A DNA stretch of 64,000 bases, from assembly GCA_036679605.1 (NCBI GenBank), contig JAZDCZ010000419.1, positions 1 to 64,000 of the forward strand. The letters run 5' to 3'. The translations under genes were made by a program, and so were the position numbers. Source of the DNA: Gemmatimonadota bacterium. Its GTDB lineage: Bacteria > Gemmatimonadota > Gemmatimonadetes > Gemmatimonadales > GWC2-71-9. The stretch's first letter is position 1, and each line of letters opens with the position of its first letter. Under the pieces are notes generated by a model. The model saw nothing but the letters and a program-made list of their open reading frames with translations, was not told the origin of the DNA and ran no database searches. Shown here piece after piece: positions 29,571-39,375 of this stretch.

Positions 29571-30919
29571 GGTAGTCTGAACACGATGCGGATCGTGCCC
29601 TTCATCACTGGGTTTTCGCCTTTGTTGGTAATCGTCGGCGATGGACTGGCAGCCGTACTAGTGGTAGATCGCGTGGTTGTCTGTGTCTGGTCCGCCACTT
29701 GAATTTGCTCGGACTGCGTAGCGCTTAGATCCAATTCACCGGCGTTCACCGCTTGATTTGTAGCATCTCCGACCTGGATCTGGATGATCGATGGTGGCTG
29801 CTCGACCGTGCTCTGGGCCTCGACGGTCACCGCACTGGCATCCGCGTTCACGACGTCCGGCGCCACCGAGCTTGCCTCGAAGCCATCCTGGGCCATCTGG
29901 AAATCCGGATCCGCTTGGACCGCCTCCGAATAAAAACCTGCGGCTGCAACGTAGTCGCCTCGGTCTTCAGCTTCCAGAGCGCTCGAATATGCCAGAAACG
30001 CCACGAGGTTTCGAGTACCGTTCTCTAGGATCAGTTGACGCTCTGCCTCCGACAGCGTGTATCCGAGCTGATTCTCAGTGATTCCAATGACAATTTGCTT
30101 CTCCATTTCCATTAGATCGCGCAGCCTACCGGTCGCTCGCTGTGGACTCGTCACCTGACCGTCAGACAGAACCACCGTCGCCTCGAGCAACGTCTCCCCC
30201 TCATTCGGCAAGTTCGCCAATCCTTGCACAAGACGACCTGCCCGCAACAAGCGCCCCACTCTTGCGACGGTAGCTTGATCCGCTCGCTGGGTTCGTCCTA
30301 ACGCCATTTCGTCGTACAGCGCTCCCACCTGGAGCCGCTCAACCATGCGGAATCGTTGGAGCAACGCCAGATCAGACGTCATTATCTGCGCCAACCCACG
30401 CGAGAGCGGCTGGTAAATACTGTCCCCAGAAATCACAAGCGGGAGCACCGCTACAACTTGGGGATCGCCCCGCGTTACACCTTGTCCCTGCTCCCCTCTC
30501 AGCGCTGCTCTTGCCTGCGTCGTGGCTCGTTCCCTCCGCGCCAGCATCTCTCGCGCACTGACAGCAGGTGCTCCCCTCTCAGAAGAGTATTGACTCAAGT
30601 ATGTCCCGTAGGTTGAAATCGCACCTTCGTAGTCGCCCGACCGCTCGAAACACTGACCGATGATCAATGGACCCAGCGCATCTTTCGGCCTCCTGGCAGA
30701 ACCCGAAGCCGCAACAGATGAGGCTGTATCACAGCGTGAAGCTGCGAACAACGCCGCCGCGTAGCGGAGCAACAATTTCCCATTCTCCGGGTTCGCGGAT
30801 ACACGCTGCTCCAACTCGGGGATCTCGTTCGGGGAAATCTCCGACGGACCTCCTGCAGCGCAGGCAGCCAGCAACGCCGCAGAGAGACATACAGCGGTAA
30901 TTGACATGGAACGAGGCAT
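29567..30919 (-). CDS. Lipoprotein with TPR and CsgG/TolB-N-like domains and a low-complexity tail
   Basis: LAAC lipobox, TPR-like helices, VAVLPL..LSRGLAQIMTSDL..VERLQV..VGRLLRAGRLVQG. Confidence 0.7.
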   Translation of the reverse strand: MPRSMSITAVCLSAALLAACAAGGPSEISPNEIPELEQRVSANPENGKLLLRYAAALFAASRCDTASSVAASGSARRPKDALGPLIIGQCFERSGDYEGAISTYGTYLSQYSSERGAPAVSAREMLARRERATTQARAALRGEQGQGVTRGDPQVVAVLPLVISGDSIYQPLSRGLAQIMTSDLALLQRFRMVERLQVGALYDEMALGRTQRADQATVARVGRLLRAGRLVQGLANLPNEGETLLEATVVLSDGQVTSPQRATGRLRDLMEMEKQIVIGITENQLGYTLSEAERQLILENGTRNLVAFLAYSSALEAEDRGDYVAAAGFYSEAVQADPDFQMAQDGFEASSVAPDVVNADASAVTVEAQSTVEQPPSIIQIQVGDATNQAVNAGELDLSATQSEQIQVADQTQTTTRSTTSTAASPSPTITNKGENPVMKGTIRIVFRLP

Positions 30920-31105
30920 GACGGTGTGGGCAGAGAAGTTCCCCATTTTTTGTGCTCCTGCAAGAGGGGGCCAGACTGACAAATTTTGTCTTGAGATGGT
31001 CCAAGTTGGCGCCCAGAACACAGCGCGTCAAGGTACCCGAAGGCTCCGGAAGCCCCTCGAAATATTGAGACCTAAGAATATGTTAGCTGGAACCCAAAAA
31101 CCGCT

Positions 31106-31291
31106 TCAGGCCGACTGGAGCAACTCTCGCATGCGTCGTGCCAACGACTCGATCTCACGAAGGGACGTCACGGTCTCTTCGTCAAACGAATCGGGCTGAA
31201 GCAGAAGTAATTGGGTTTCGGCTAGGATGGCCGCGAGTGGATTGGCAAGGTCGTGCCGGAGTTTGCGGACCACATCTTCAGTGTCGCTCAA
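31106..31291 (-). CDS. Stand-alone histidine kinase dimerisation/phosphoacceptor (HisKA) protein
   Basis: H-box LRHDLANPLAAIL, 61 aa, no ATPase domain. 4-nt overlap with the upstream gene. Confidence 0.75.
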   Translation of the reverse strand: MSDTEDVVRKLRHDLANPLAAILAETQLLLLQPDSFDEETVTSLREIESLARRMRELLQSA

Positions 31292-31575
31292 TCGACCACA
31301 GACCTGTATAGATCACGGAAGTGGTGGTCTCGGAGATCACGCACAGATTGCCAGAGATCGCTTTCACTTTCCGCGCAGAAAATCTCTGCGGTGGAAAGTG
31401 CCGGCTCGGCTTCACCCGTTCCGAAGATCAGCCTGGCACGCCACGTCCCGTCGTCTGCGCGCCGCACCTGAAGTCTAAGTGCAATGTCTCCCTCCCCATA
31501 ACGGAGCGGCGGGAGGTCATGAATATGGGGCTCGGCTGGGTCAACCGAACCATAGCGTACCGGATTTGCCGGCAT
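31288..31575 (-). CDS. Hypothetical protein
   Basis: 95 aa, GGAG RBS, translationally coupled to the HisKA gene. Confidence 0.7.
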   Translation of the reverse strand: MPANPVRYGSVDPAEPHIHDLPPLRYGEGDIALRLQVRRADDGTWRARLIFGTGEAEPALSTAEIFCAESESDLWQSVRDLRDHHFRDLYRSVVD

Positions 31576-31662
31576 CTTTCACTCCGTTGGTTTGCGCAAA
31601 TATAAACGTATCCTCAACTTATGCAATAGTGAGCATCCGCTCGCTAGGGTGTAGGTGCGCGG

Positions 31663-32778
31663 TCACCAACTAAGAGGGACAGGGGTAAAGGTTAGGAAAA
31701 ACAAGGCGACGGTAGCCCAACCTATTGGACGACGATGCTTCGGGAGCGGTCGATGCCGGTCGAGGACCGCGGGGTGCCCAATCCGACCACCACCCAGGAT
31801 CAGTGTAAAGGCTGCCCACAACCACCATCCCGGAAACTGAGCACCTAGAACCAGCAGCGACACCCAGAAGAAGAGGCCGAACAACCGCTGCCGATCTCCA
31901 ACCAGGGCGTACAGCACATGCCCGCCATCCAACTGCCCCAATGGAAGCAGGTTCAACATTGTGACGAGCACACCGAACCAGCCTGCCTGTGCCAAAGGGT
32001 GAAGCAACACTGTACCGTCGCCCACCATGAGGTGGCGTGCGCCCCAAGTGATCAGAGAATCTCCTAGTTGGATCTGGAGCTGCCCGAAAAGCACAACTTG
32101 GTCGCCGTTACCGCCTGGTAGTATCTGAGAATTGGCTAGACCAAATGCCAATGCGATGAGGGCAATCACGAATCCCGCCCAAGGTCCCGCCGCCCCCACA
32201 TCCATCAGTTGCCGACGATCTACCACCGGGCTCCTCAGTCGGATGAAAGCTCCGAAGGTCCCTATGAGGTTCATCCACGGAGGAGCCGGCAGAAAATAGG
32301 GCGGCGATACGTCGATCGTATACCTTCGCGCAAGCACGTAATGACCCATTTCGTGAGCTAACAGAATGGCCATTAGGGCAATGGCGAAGTCGAGCCCCGC
32401 CCCACCCCGAAGTTGCTTGACCCAGTCCAGAAGCGCTCTGCCCGCAAAAGCGAAGTCGTGCAGGATCGGGATGGGCAGCGGCACTTGCACGCCCGACAGT
32501 AGTGCTCCACCCATCCAAACCGTCAGGAACGACACCACAAACAGGACAATGTGGAGCCACCACCGTTCCTTCTGCCGCGGAGACAAGCTGCGGATGAGCA
32601 CTATTCTGGAATCGCCGTCGCCATCGGCCCAATAGTGAGATCCGGGCCACTCTGCCAGGGCTCTCCGAAGCTCCGCCGAGGGCGCTCGATGTTCCGGCGC
32701 TACAACTCCGTCGACGATCTCTCTGTCCCGGACCACCATCGTCCGCCAGACACTCAGCATGCCACCAAGAGGTATCAT
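31663..32778 (-). CDS. Site-2 protease (M50 family)
   Basis: HEMGH, GTFGAFI, AGPWAG, NLLPLGQLDGGH. Start approximate. Confidence 0.92.
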   Translation of the reverse strand: MIPLGGMLSVWRTMVVRDREIVDGVVAPEHRAPSAELRRALAEWPGSHYWADGDGDSRIVLIRSLSPRQKERWWLHIVLFVVSFLTVWMGGALLSGVQVPLPIPILHDFAFAGRALLDWVKQLRGGAGLDFAIALMAILLAHEMGHYVLARRYTIDVSPPYFLPAPPWMNLIGTFGAFIRLRSPVVDRRQLMDVGAAGPWAGFVIALIALAFGLANSQILPGGNGDQVVLFGQLQIQLGDSLITWGARHLMVGDGTVLLHPLAQAGWFGVLVTMLNLLPLGQLDGGHVLYALVGDRQRLFGLFFWVSLLVLGAQFPGWWLWAAFTLILGGGRIGHPAVLDRHRPLPKHRRPIGWATVALFFLTFTPVPLSW

Positions 32779-32928
32779 TGGGCCCCTTGACGGCTCACGG
32801 AATCGGTCATATGATAACGTACTTTCAAAGTAAGAAATCCCCAACTGAAATCTGACCTGGTTGCGTCCGCGAAACCCCTGAGCGGGCACTAGTGATCTCG
32901 CTCACCGCAGCACGACCCCCCCCCCGAA

Positions 32929-34194
32929 ATGGAGTCCCATCCCGTGGACATTGCAGAACTGAAGAAGAAATCGATAGCAGAACTACACGACATGGCCGAC
33001 GAGATGAACATCACGAACTATTCCGGCCTACGCAAGCAGGATCTCATCTTCAGGATAGAACAGTCGCTTCTCGACTCCGACACAGTATTGCGTGGGGAGG
33101 GAGTGCTCGAAATCCTGCCGGAGGGCTACGGATTCCTCCGCAGTCAAGACTGGAGTTATCTGTACGGGCCCGACGATATCTACGTGAGTCCCAGTCAGAT
33201 CAAGCGGTTCGATCTGCGAACGGGCGACACGATTCTTGGTCAGGTACGTCCTCCAAAGGATGGCGAACGTTATCTGGCACTACTCAAGGTCGAGAAAGTC
33301 AATTTTGACGAGCCCAACAATGCAAAGCACAGAATTGCGTTTGACAATTTACGACCGCGCTATCCAGACACCCGTATCAAACTCGAGCGAGCCGACGGCG
33401 ATCTTTCAATGCGGGTTGTCGACATCTTGTCGCCAATTGGCTGCGGGCAGCGCGGTCTCATCGTAGCACCCCCAAAAGCGGGCAAGACGATTCTCCTCCA
33501 AAAGCTAGCGAATTCTATAGCCGAGAATCGGCCCGATGCCACGTTGATCGTATTGCTGATCGACGAGCGTCCGGAAGAAGTCACCGACATGGAGGAACAC
33601 GTAAAGGCAGAGGTGATTTCTTCCACGTTCGACGAACCTGCTGATCGACACGTACAGGTCGCCGACATGGTTCTTGAAAAGGCGCGCAGGTTGGTAGAGC
33701 ACCAACGCGACGTGGTCATTTTGCTGGATTCCATTACCCGGTTGGCCCGAGCACACAACGTGGTTATTCCTCACTCCGGAAAAATTCTATCTGGAGGAGT
33801 AGACGCGAACGCTCTACAGAAACCCAAGAGATTCTTCGGAGCGGCCCGCAACATAGAGGGTGGAGGATCGCTCACTATCATCGCTACTGCCCTGATCGAG
33901 ACAGGCAGCCGAATGGACGAGGTGATTTTCGAGGAATTCAAGGGTACGGGCAATATGGAATTGGTGCTTGACCGCAAGATCGCCGATCGTAGAATCTATC
34001 CGGCTATCGACGTGCAGCGGAGTTCCACTCGAAAAGAGGAACTCTTGCTGGACAAGGAAGAGCTGAACAAGACATATTTGCTGCGAAACTTCCTCGCCGA
34101 TATGCCTACGGTTGAGGCGATCGAGTTCCTAATCGAGCGCATCAAGCGGACCAAGACGAACGACGAGTTTTACGCCAGTATGCAACAGGGGTGA
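32929..34194 (+). CDS. rho: Transcription termination factor Rho
   Basis: [44 protein letters not shown]. Confidence 0.98.
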   Translation: MESHPVDIAELKKKSIAELHDMADEMNITNYSGLRKQDLIFRIEQSLLDSDTVLRGEGVLEILPEGYGFLRSQDWSYLYGPDDIYVSPSQIKRFDLRTGDTILGQVRPPKDGERYLALLKVEKVNFDEPNNAKHRIAFDNLRPRYPDTRIKLERADGDLSMRVVDILSPIGCGQRGLIVAPPKAGKTILLQKLANSIAENRPDATLIVLLIDERPEEVTDMEEHVKAEVISSTFDEPADRHVQVADMVLEKARRLVEHQRDVVILLDSITRLARAHNVVIPHSGKILSGGVDANALQKPKRFFGAARNIEGGGSLTIIATALIETGSRMDEVIFEEFKGTGNMELVLDRKIADRRIYPAIDVQRSSTRKEELLLDKEELNKTYLLRNFLADMPTVEAIEFLIERIKRTKTNDEFYASMQQG

Positions 34195-34676
34195 CCGACC
34201 AAGCGACACTTGGTGACACCGGCAGCGACACCCCGAAGAGTACGTCGCTTCCGTCAGACGGTCGCCTGCTCGCGATCGACCTTGGTGAGAAGCGGATTGG
34301 TCTGGCTCTATCTGATCCGTCACAACAACTAGCGCAGCCACTGGTCACGTTGACTCGACGCACCGGAAAGCGATTCCCCTTCAACAAACTGCGGACATAC
34401 ATCGAGGCCAATACCCCCGTCGGCATCGTGATCGGCCTACCCTTCGACGCAAGCGGTGAGGAAAACGAGCGAACAGCGACAGCACGTGAAGTGGGCGATC
34501 TCGTTGCCATAAAGACTGGGCTCCCCATAACATTCTGGGACGAGCGCATGACCACGGCACGAGTCCTAAGCAGTATCAAGGAACTCCACGGCAAGATGCG
34601 CGGAAGAAAGAGCGATGTGGATGCCCTCGCTGCAACCGTTATCCTACAGACCTTTCTCGAAAGTAGGCGGCGGTGA
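34191..34676 (+). CDS. ruvX: YqgF/RuvX family nuclease
   Basis: [35 protein letters not shown]. Confidence 0.95.
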   Translation: MTDQATLGDTGSDTPKSTSLPSDGRLLAIDLGEKRIGLALSDPSQQLAQPLVTLTRRTGKRFPFNKLRTYIEANTPVGIVIGLPFDASGEENERTATAREVGDLVAIKTGLPITFWDERMTTARVLSSIKELHGKMRGRKSDVDALAATVILQTFLESRRR

Positions 34677-35659
34677 ATCTCCGTATTCCCAGTTGCATCG
34701 GACTAGCCGTGATCATCGCGTGTGGCGGTTCGACTCCTGGCGGTGACCCCGTGCTCGTTACGATTCCCCGCGGCGCGTCGCTCAGTGCAGTGGTCGACAC
34801 TCTTTCCGCACATCGTGTTACGGATTCTCCCCGCTTGTTCAAGTTCTACGCCACCGTCACCGGGAGACAGCGAGAGATTCAAGCCGGGACATACCTCTTT
34901 CGACCGGGCACTTCCATACGCCGGGTGCTCAGTACCCTCGTGGCGGGCCAAGAGGCCCTTGTTCCAATGGTATTACCGGAAGGATTGATGTTATCCGAAG
35001 TTGCAGAGAGAATCTCGCAGCAGATTGGCCTTGATCCAGATAGCATTATCCAGGCAGCAAAAGACACTGCGTTGCGGCGGCAGCTTGCGGTGCCCGCCCC
35101 AACCCTTGAAGGCTACCTCTATCCGAGCACCTACTACGTTAGGAGGAACGCGAACGCTCAGGAGCTGGTCCGGCAGATGGTGAACGAGTTCGAGCTGCGT
35201 TGGCGTCCCGAGTGGAACGCGCGGCTCGATTCGCTGGCAATGACCCGACACGAACTAGTCACACTTGCATCCATAGTTGAGGGCGAAGTGCGATACACAC
35301 CGGACCGGAAATTTGTGGCGTCCGTTTACAGCAACCGACTTCGACGGAGAATGCGGCTTCAGGCCGACCCGACCGTTATCTACGCACTCGGGAGACGCCG
35401 ACGACTGTTTCAGAAGGACTATCAGACGCCTTCGCCATACAACACATATCTGATCGACGGCCTCCCGCCAGGACCGATTACGCAACCATCTGTCGCTAGC
35501 ATGGAAGCCGCCCTTTGGCCTGCCAGGACGAATTTCCTGTTTTTTGTGGCGCGACCAGACGGGAAGCATGTCTTTTCCAGATCGCTGCGCGAGCATCAAG
35601 CAGCAGTGCGCACGATCCGGCGTCAGGAAGTCGAGTTGGGATTGAGACCGCCTCGCTAG
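34673..35659 (+). CDS. mltG: Endolytic transglycosylase MltG
   Basis: LEGYLYPSTY, LASIVEGE, LQADPTV, SPYNTY..GLPPGPI. Confidence 0.95.
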   Translation: MNLRIPSCIGLAVIIACGGSTPGGDPVLVTIPRGASLSAVVDTLSAHRVTDSPRLFKFYATVTGRQREIQAGTYLFRPGTSIRRVLSTLVAGQEALVPMVLPEGLMLSEVAERISQQIGLDPDSIIQAAKDTALRRQLAVPAPTLEGYLYPSTYYVRRNANAQELVRQMVNEFELRWRPEWNARLDSLAMTRHELVTLASIVEGEVRYTPDRKFVASVYSNRLRRRMRLQADPTVIYALGRRRRLFQKDYQTPSPYNTYLIDGLPPGPITQPSVASMEAALWPARTNFLFFVARPDGKHVFSRSLREHQAAVRTIRRQEVELGLRPPR

Positions 35660-36285
35660 ACAAAGGTCCGAGTATCAATGCTCGTGCGAAGCGCTCGTGC
35701 CGCCACTTCAATGTCGGTCGCAGCGAAAATACCGCTGCTCACTGCAATACCCTGCGCGCCCGCATCGAAAATTTCGCCGGCATTGTGAATCGTTACTCCT
35801 CCTATGGCGATAACAGGAGTGCTGTGCTGAGATCTTGCAGCAAGAGCCCGGAACCCTATTGGCCCAATCGCGGGTCCCGCATCGAGCTTGGTGGACGTTG
35901 GAAAGACAGGACCTACACTCCAGTAGTCGACATCTGCATTGGCGGCAGTGTGAGCTTCTTCCGGCGAGCCGACGGAGATTCCGATTCTGAACTGATGGGG
36001 GACTACGGGTCGCAGCTCGATCGGGTCAAGATCCTCAGCTCCAAGATGTACACCATGTGCTCCGGCAGCCAGAGCGATATCGGCCCGATCGTTTACGTAG
36101 ATTGGAACTTGCAGAACCCTTAGGAGTTGCTCCGAAAGCCTTAGAATCTCCAAGGCAGGTGCCCTCTTCAGCCGAAGCTGTACGGCAGTTATGCCACCGG
36201 CCTCCGCGGCCTGGCAGGACGCCACGATGGACGATAGGTCAACCACCGGCGGGCCTACAACGGCAAGGAAACGAACGTCAAACAT
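35656..36285 (-). CDS. thiE: Thiamine-phosphate synthase
   Basis: VQLRLK, VNDRAD, GVHLG, VFPTSTK, AIGGVT. Confidence 0.9.
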   Translation of the reverse strand: MFDVRFLAVVGPPVVDLSSIVASCQAAEAGGITAVQLRLKRAPALEILRLSEQLLRVLQVPIYVNDRADIALAAGAHGVHLGAEDLDPIELRPVVPHQFRIGISVGSPEEAHTAANADVDYWSVGPVFPTSTKLDAGPAIGPIGFRALAARSQHSTPVIAIGGVTIHNAGEIFDAGAQGIAVSSGIFAATDIEVAARALRTSIDTRTFV

Positions 36286-36299
36286 TGAGAGGTGCAAAG

Positions 36300-36656
36300 A
36301 TGGCGGTACGCGGGATCCGAGGTGCTACGGTCGTGACCGAAGATCGAAGTGAACTCGTCCTAGCTGCGACACGGGAGTTGCTTGAGATAATCGTTGCTGA
36401 AAACGGGATTCCAATCGAAGAGGTTGCGAGTGTGATCTTTACCGTGACCCCCGACCTCTCGAGCGAATACCCGGCTCGCGCTGCAAGATCCCTCAGCTGG
36501 GACCACGTAGCACTGCTCGGCGCCACCGAGGTCGCGGTACCCGGCGGACTACCACGCTGCATCCGGGTTCTTCTCCACGTCAATACCGACAAACCGGCAT
36601 CGGCCCTCAAGCATGTCTACCTGAGAGAAGCCCGCGAGCTGAGACCTGACCGGTGA
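36300..36656 (+). CDS. aroH: Chorismate mutase, AroH class
   Basis: MAVRGIRGAT, FTVTPDL, YPARAAR, LPRCIRVL, HVYLREARELRPD. Confidence 0.95.
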   Translation: MAVRGIRGATVVTEDRSELVLAATRELLEIIVAENGIPIEEVASVIFTVTPDLSSEYPARAARSLSWDHVALLGATEVAVPGGLPRCIRVLLHVNTDKPASALKHVYLREARELRPDR

Positions 36657-37340
36657 CCGGACGTTCTTCTCCTGACCTCCGGGGCCGGCGCCGGGAGGGT
36701 CTGCTCCGTCATCTGATTGCCAGAACACCGTCACGCCCTGGACCGGAATATCTACTCGTCGCAACCAACCATCCTGATCCATAGAAACGTTCATTTCGAC
36801 TCGTGCCGCCTTGACCCTCGCCTCTGTCGGCGACGAAAACTCGACCTCCAAAGAGACAACTCCGTTGCCCTCCGGCACCCAAGCGCTCCAAACCTGGCCA
36901 CCGCCAACATCGCGATCGTAGCGCAGCAAATGCACGGCGAGCTGAGAGAACACGAGGTTCTGCAAAAACGAGTATGGTTGGGTCAGAGGCGTCGAGCCAG
37001 AAGTATCGCCTGACTTTGCCCGAACACTCCATTCGGCGGCAGTGCCGGTGAAGGAGACGTCTATGCGTTGTACGGGCTCCGCTCCACCACCGGTTCGGAC
37101 GTCCGCGTGGTAAGTGAGGGGAGCAAGAGACGAATCATACGCCGCCGTAAACTCCAGGCTAATACCCTGAACCGTCACATCCAGCGTTCCCACCAAGCGC
37201 CGTCCCGTAAATTCGTACTTCTCCCTAGCGATCTCCGTTTCCCCCTGCATAATGATGTAGATGCCTCGCTGAGGAGCCTGGCCCCAAACCTCTGCCGGAA
37301 GCAGCAGCACGAACAACGCTAGAGCAGCTCGATAAAACAT
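36549..37340 (-). CDS. Secreted beta-rich hypothetical protein, possibly C-terminally truncated
   Basis: GGAGG RBS and signal peptide. The 3' end runs 108 nt antisense into aroH. Confidence 0.6.
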   Translation of the reverse strand: MFYRAALALFVLLLPAEVWGQAPQRGIYIIMQGETEIAREKYEFTGRRLVGTLDVTVQGISLEFTAAYDSSLAPLTYHADVRTGGGAEPVQRIDVSFTGTAAEWSVRAKSGDTSGSTPLTQPYSFLQNLVFSQLAVHLLRYDRDVGGGQVWSAWVPEGNGVVSLEVEFSSPTEARVKAARVEMNVSMDQDGWLRRVDIPVQGVTVFWQSDDGADPPGAGPGGQEKNVRSPVRSQLAGFSQVDMLEGRCRFVGIDVEKNPDAAW

Positions 37341-37624
37341 TCTCTTTCCTCCCTGTAGCGCCCATACAATCGGCGGGCAAACCGATTACACACGTAGACT
37401 CCCGGAGAAGAGTCCTGCGTCGAGCCCTCCCTGGGACACCGGAGATAGTGTGAGATCGATGGGAAGGCCATAGGATCCGTCGCCGGTCGGGTCTGCCAGC
37501 GCCCGAAAAACACGGTCTTTCAAAGGCTAAAACTTAGACAATCATCTAAATTATACAAGCGTGGAACGTCGTCTTGCCTCACTCAGCGTTGACAGCTTCC
37601 GCCGTCGAGGGCAGCTTGGTGTGC

Positions 37625-38503
37625 ATGTCGGACGCCCGTTCCACCACCGCACAGCGTGCTGCACGGGTCCGGCGAGTTCTAGTCGGCATTCTAGTCGCCA
37701 ATCTCGTTGTGGTCGGCGCCAAGTTCATGATCGGACTGCGGACGGGCTCGCTCGCCGTGATGGGGGATGTGGTGCACTCATCAGTCGACGCGTTGAACAA
37801 CGTCCTAGCACTGGGCGTGATGGCAATAGCTGCCCGCGGGCCTGATGAGGATCACCCATACGGCCACCAAAAGTTCGAGACCCTCGGGGCGCTTGCAATC
37901 GTTGGGTTTCTTTCGATTAGCGGATTCGAACTAGTTAGAGGTGCGATACACCGGCTGGTAGTTGGCGCGCCGCCATTGAGTGTTAGCGGGATTCAGATCC
38001 TTGTCTTGATCGGGACGCTCATAGTGAACACGATTGTAGCAGTATACGAGTCTCGTCGGGGAAATCAGCTGAACAGTGAGATCCTGTTGGCGGACGCCGC
38101 TCATACCAAGGCCGACGTGCTGATCACTATCGGTGTGCTTGCTGGAGTCCTACTAGCCGGACGCGGAATCTCTTGGGCGGATCCAATCGTAGCGCTGGTC
38201 GTGGCCTGTGTGATCGTCGTTCTAGCCTATGGGATCGTGGCCCGATCCATCCCGGTCTTGGTAGATCAACACGTTATGCCTTCGAATCGAATTCGGTCGT
38301 CGGCTGAGTCGGTGGATGGGGTTATCCGCGCATACGGCATACGCTCGCGTGGCTCCAGGGATCTTGCCTTCGCAGAACTCACTATAGCTGTAGATCGTGG
38401 GGCTAGCGTGGAGGCCGCTCATCATGTCGCCGACAAAGTCGAGCAGAGACTGCGAGAACACCTCTCATTGCACGAGATCATTGTGCACATCGAGCCATGC
38501 TGA
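37625..38503 (+). CDS. Cation diffusion facilitator family transporter
   Basis: HSSVD, DEDHPYGHQKFE, ADAAHTKAD, terminal VHIEPC. Confidence 0.93.
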   Translation: MSDARSTTAQRAARVRRVLVGILVANLVVVGAKFMIGLRTGSLAVMGDVVHSSVDALNNVLALGVMAIAARGPDEDHPYGHQKFETLGALAIVGFLSISGFELVRGAIHRLVVGAPPLSVSGIQILVLIGTLIVNTIVAVYESRRGNQLNSEILLADAAHTKADVLITIGVLAGVLLAGRGISWADPIVALVVACVIVVLAYGIVARSIPVLVDQHVMPSNRIRSSAESVDGVIRAYGIRSRGSRDLAFAELTIAVDRGASVEAAHHVADKVEQRLREHLSLHEIIVHIEPC

Positions 38504-39303
38504 GTTCGCCACGCCCGCGCGCCCGACCGGCACGGCCGCAATCCCTCCGGCAGGACTTTGAAGAGTTTGTCTTGCAAAGAATCGAGGAGTACAAGGAGCG
38601 GTTGTCACGGGAAAAACTCTTGGCGATCGCAGATGAAGCGGTGCGAGAATTGGAAGTCGCTTCCGAGGAGCAACTTGTACTCACCGAAGTACTCATTCTC
38701 GAGCACGTAGATCGTCTGATTACCCAAAGGTTGAATCTGCCTAGTTTCAGACGGTGGAGGAATCAACATATGAAGCAGCGTCAAGCACAGCGGAATCCTG
38801 CATACTGGGGACTGCAGGCAGGCTCGCCAGTACTTGACCTGGCACTCAGACTAGACGAGTCAGACGTAGCGATCACCGTTGGTAGCAGTTCATCCCGGGC
38901 GGCGTATTTGCTCGCCGCCTACGACTGGCCTGTCATTTTCATGGATCAGAGTATCAAGACCGTTGAGCGGGTCGAGACGAGGGCTGCTGAGGAGGGATTG
39001 GGAAGCCGGTTCAGCGCTTTGGTCGTGGCCTTCGGGACATGGTTCCCGGATACCACCCCAACACTAGGAGTGATCGACCCCAGCGTGGTCGCCGGTATGG
39101 ATGCGGATCTGCAAGATAGCTTTATCGATAGGTTCAAGGCTCTAACGTCCTCCGGAGGCATCCACATCGTGCTACCCGATCACAGAAGGGATGGCACGAT
39201 TACTCTCGCGGTGGAGTCTCTACTAGCCAGTTATTCTGACTGGTCTGTTCAGCACAGAAACGTCGACGACTCGACTCGGTTGCTCATCGCTGTCAAACCA
39301 TAG
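38497..39303 (+). CDS. Hypothetical protein, possibly with a degenerate Rossmann/methyltransferase-like C-terminus
   Basis: 268-aa ORF overlapping the CDF stop. Helical N-terminus, alpha/beta C-terminus. Confidence 0.65.
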   Translation: MLSSPRPRARPARPQSLRQDFEEFVLQRIEEYKERLSREKLLAIADEAVRELEVASEEQLVLTEVLILEHVDRLITQRLNLPSFRRWRNQHMKQRQAQRNPAYWGLQAGSPVLDLALRLDESDVAITVGSSSSRAAYLLAAYDWPVIFMDQSIKTVERVETRAAEEGLGSRFSALVVAFGTWFPDTTPTLGVIDPSVVAGMDADLQDSFIDRFKALTSSGGIHIVLPDHRRDGTITLAVESLLASYSDWSVQHRNVDDSTRLLIAVKP

Positions 39304-39375
39304 TCATACATAGACCGTTGCGGGGCCGGCAGCGTGCCGGCCCCATTTGCAACGTACTGCAGGAAGCAACGTTGG

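Noticed and set aside
37341..37620. Structured ncRNA or riboswitch in the divergent intergenic region
   Set aside because: No recognisable consensus. It cannot be supported without a covariance search.
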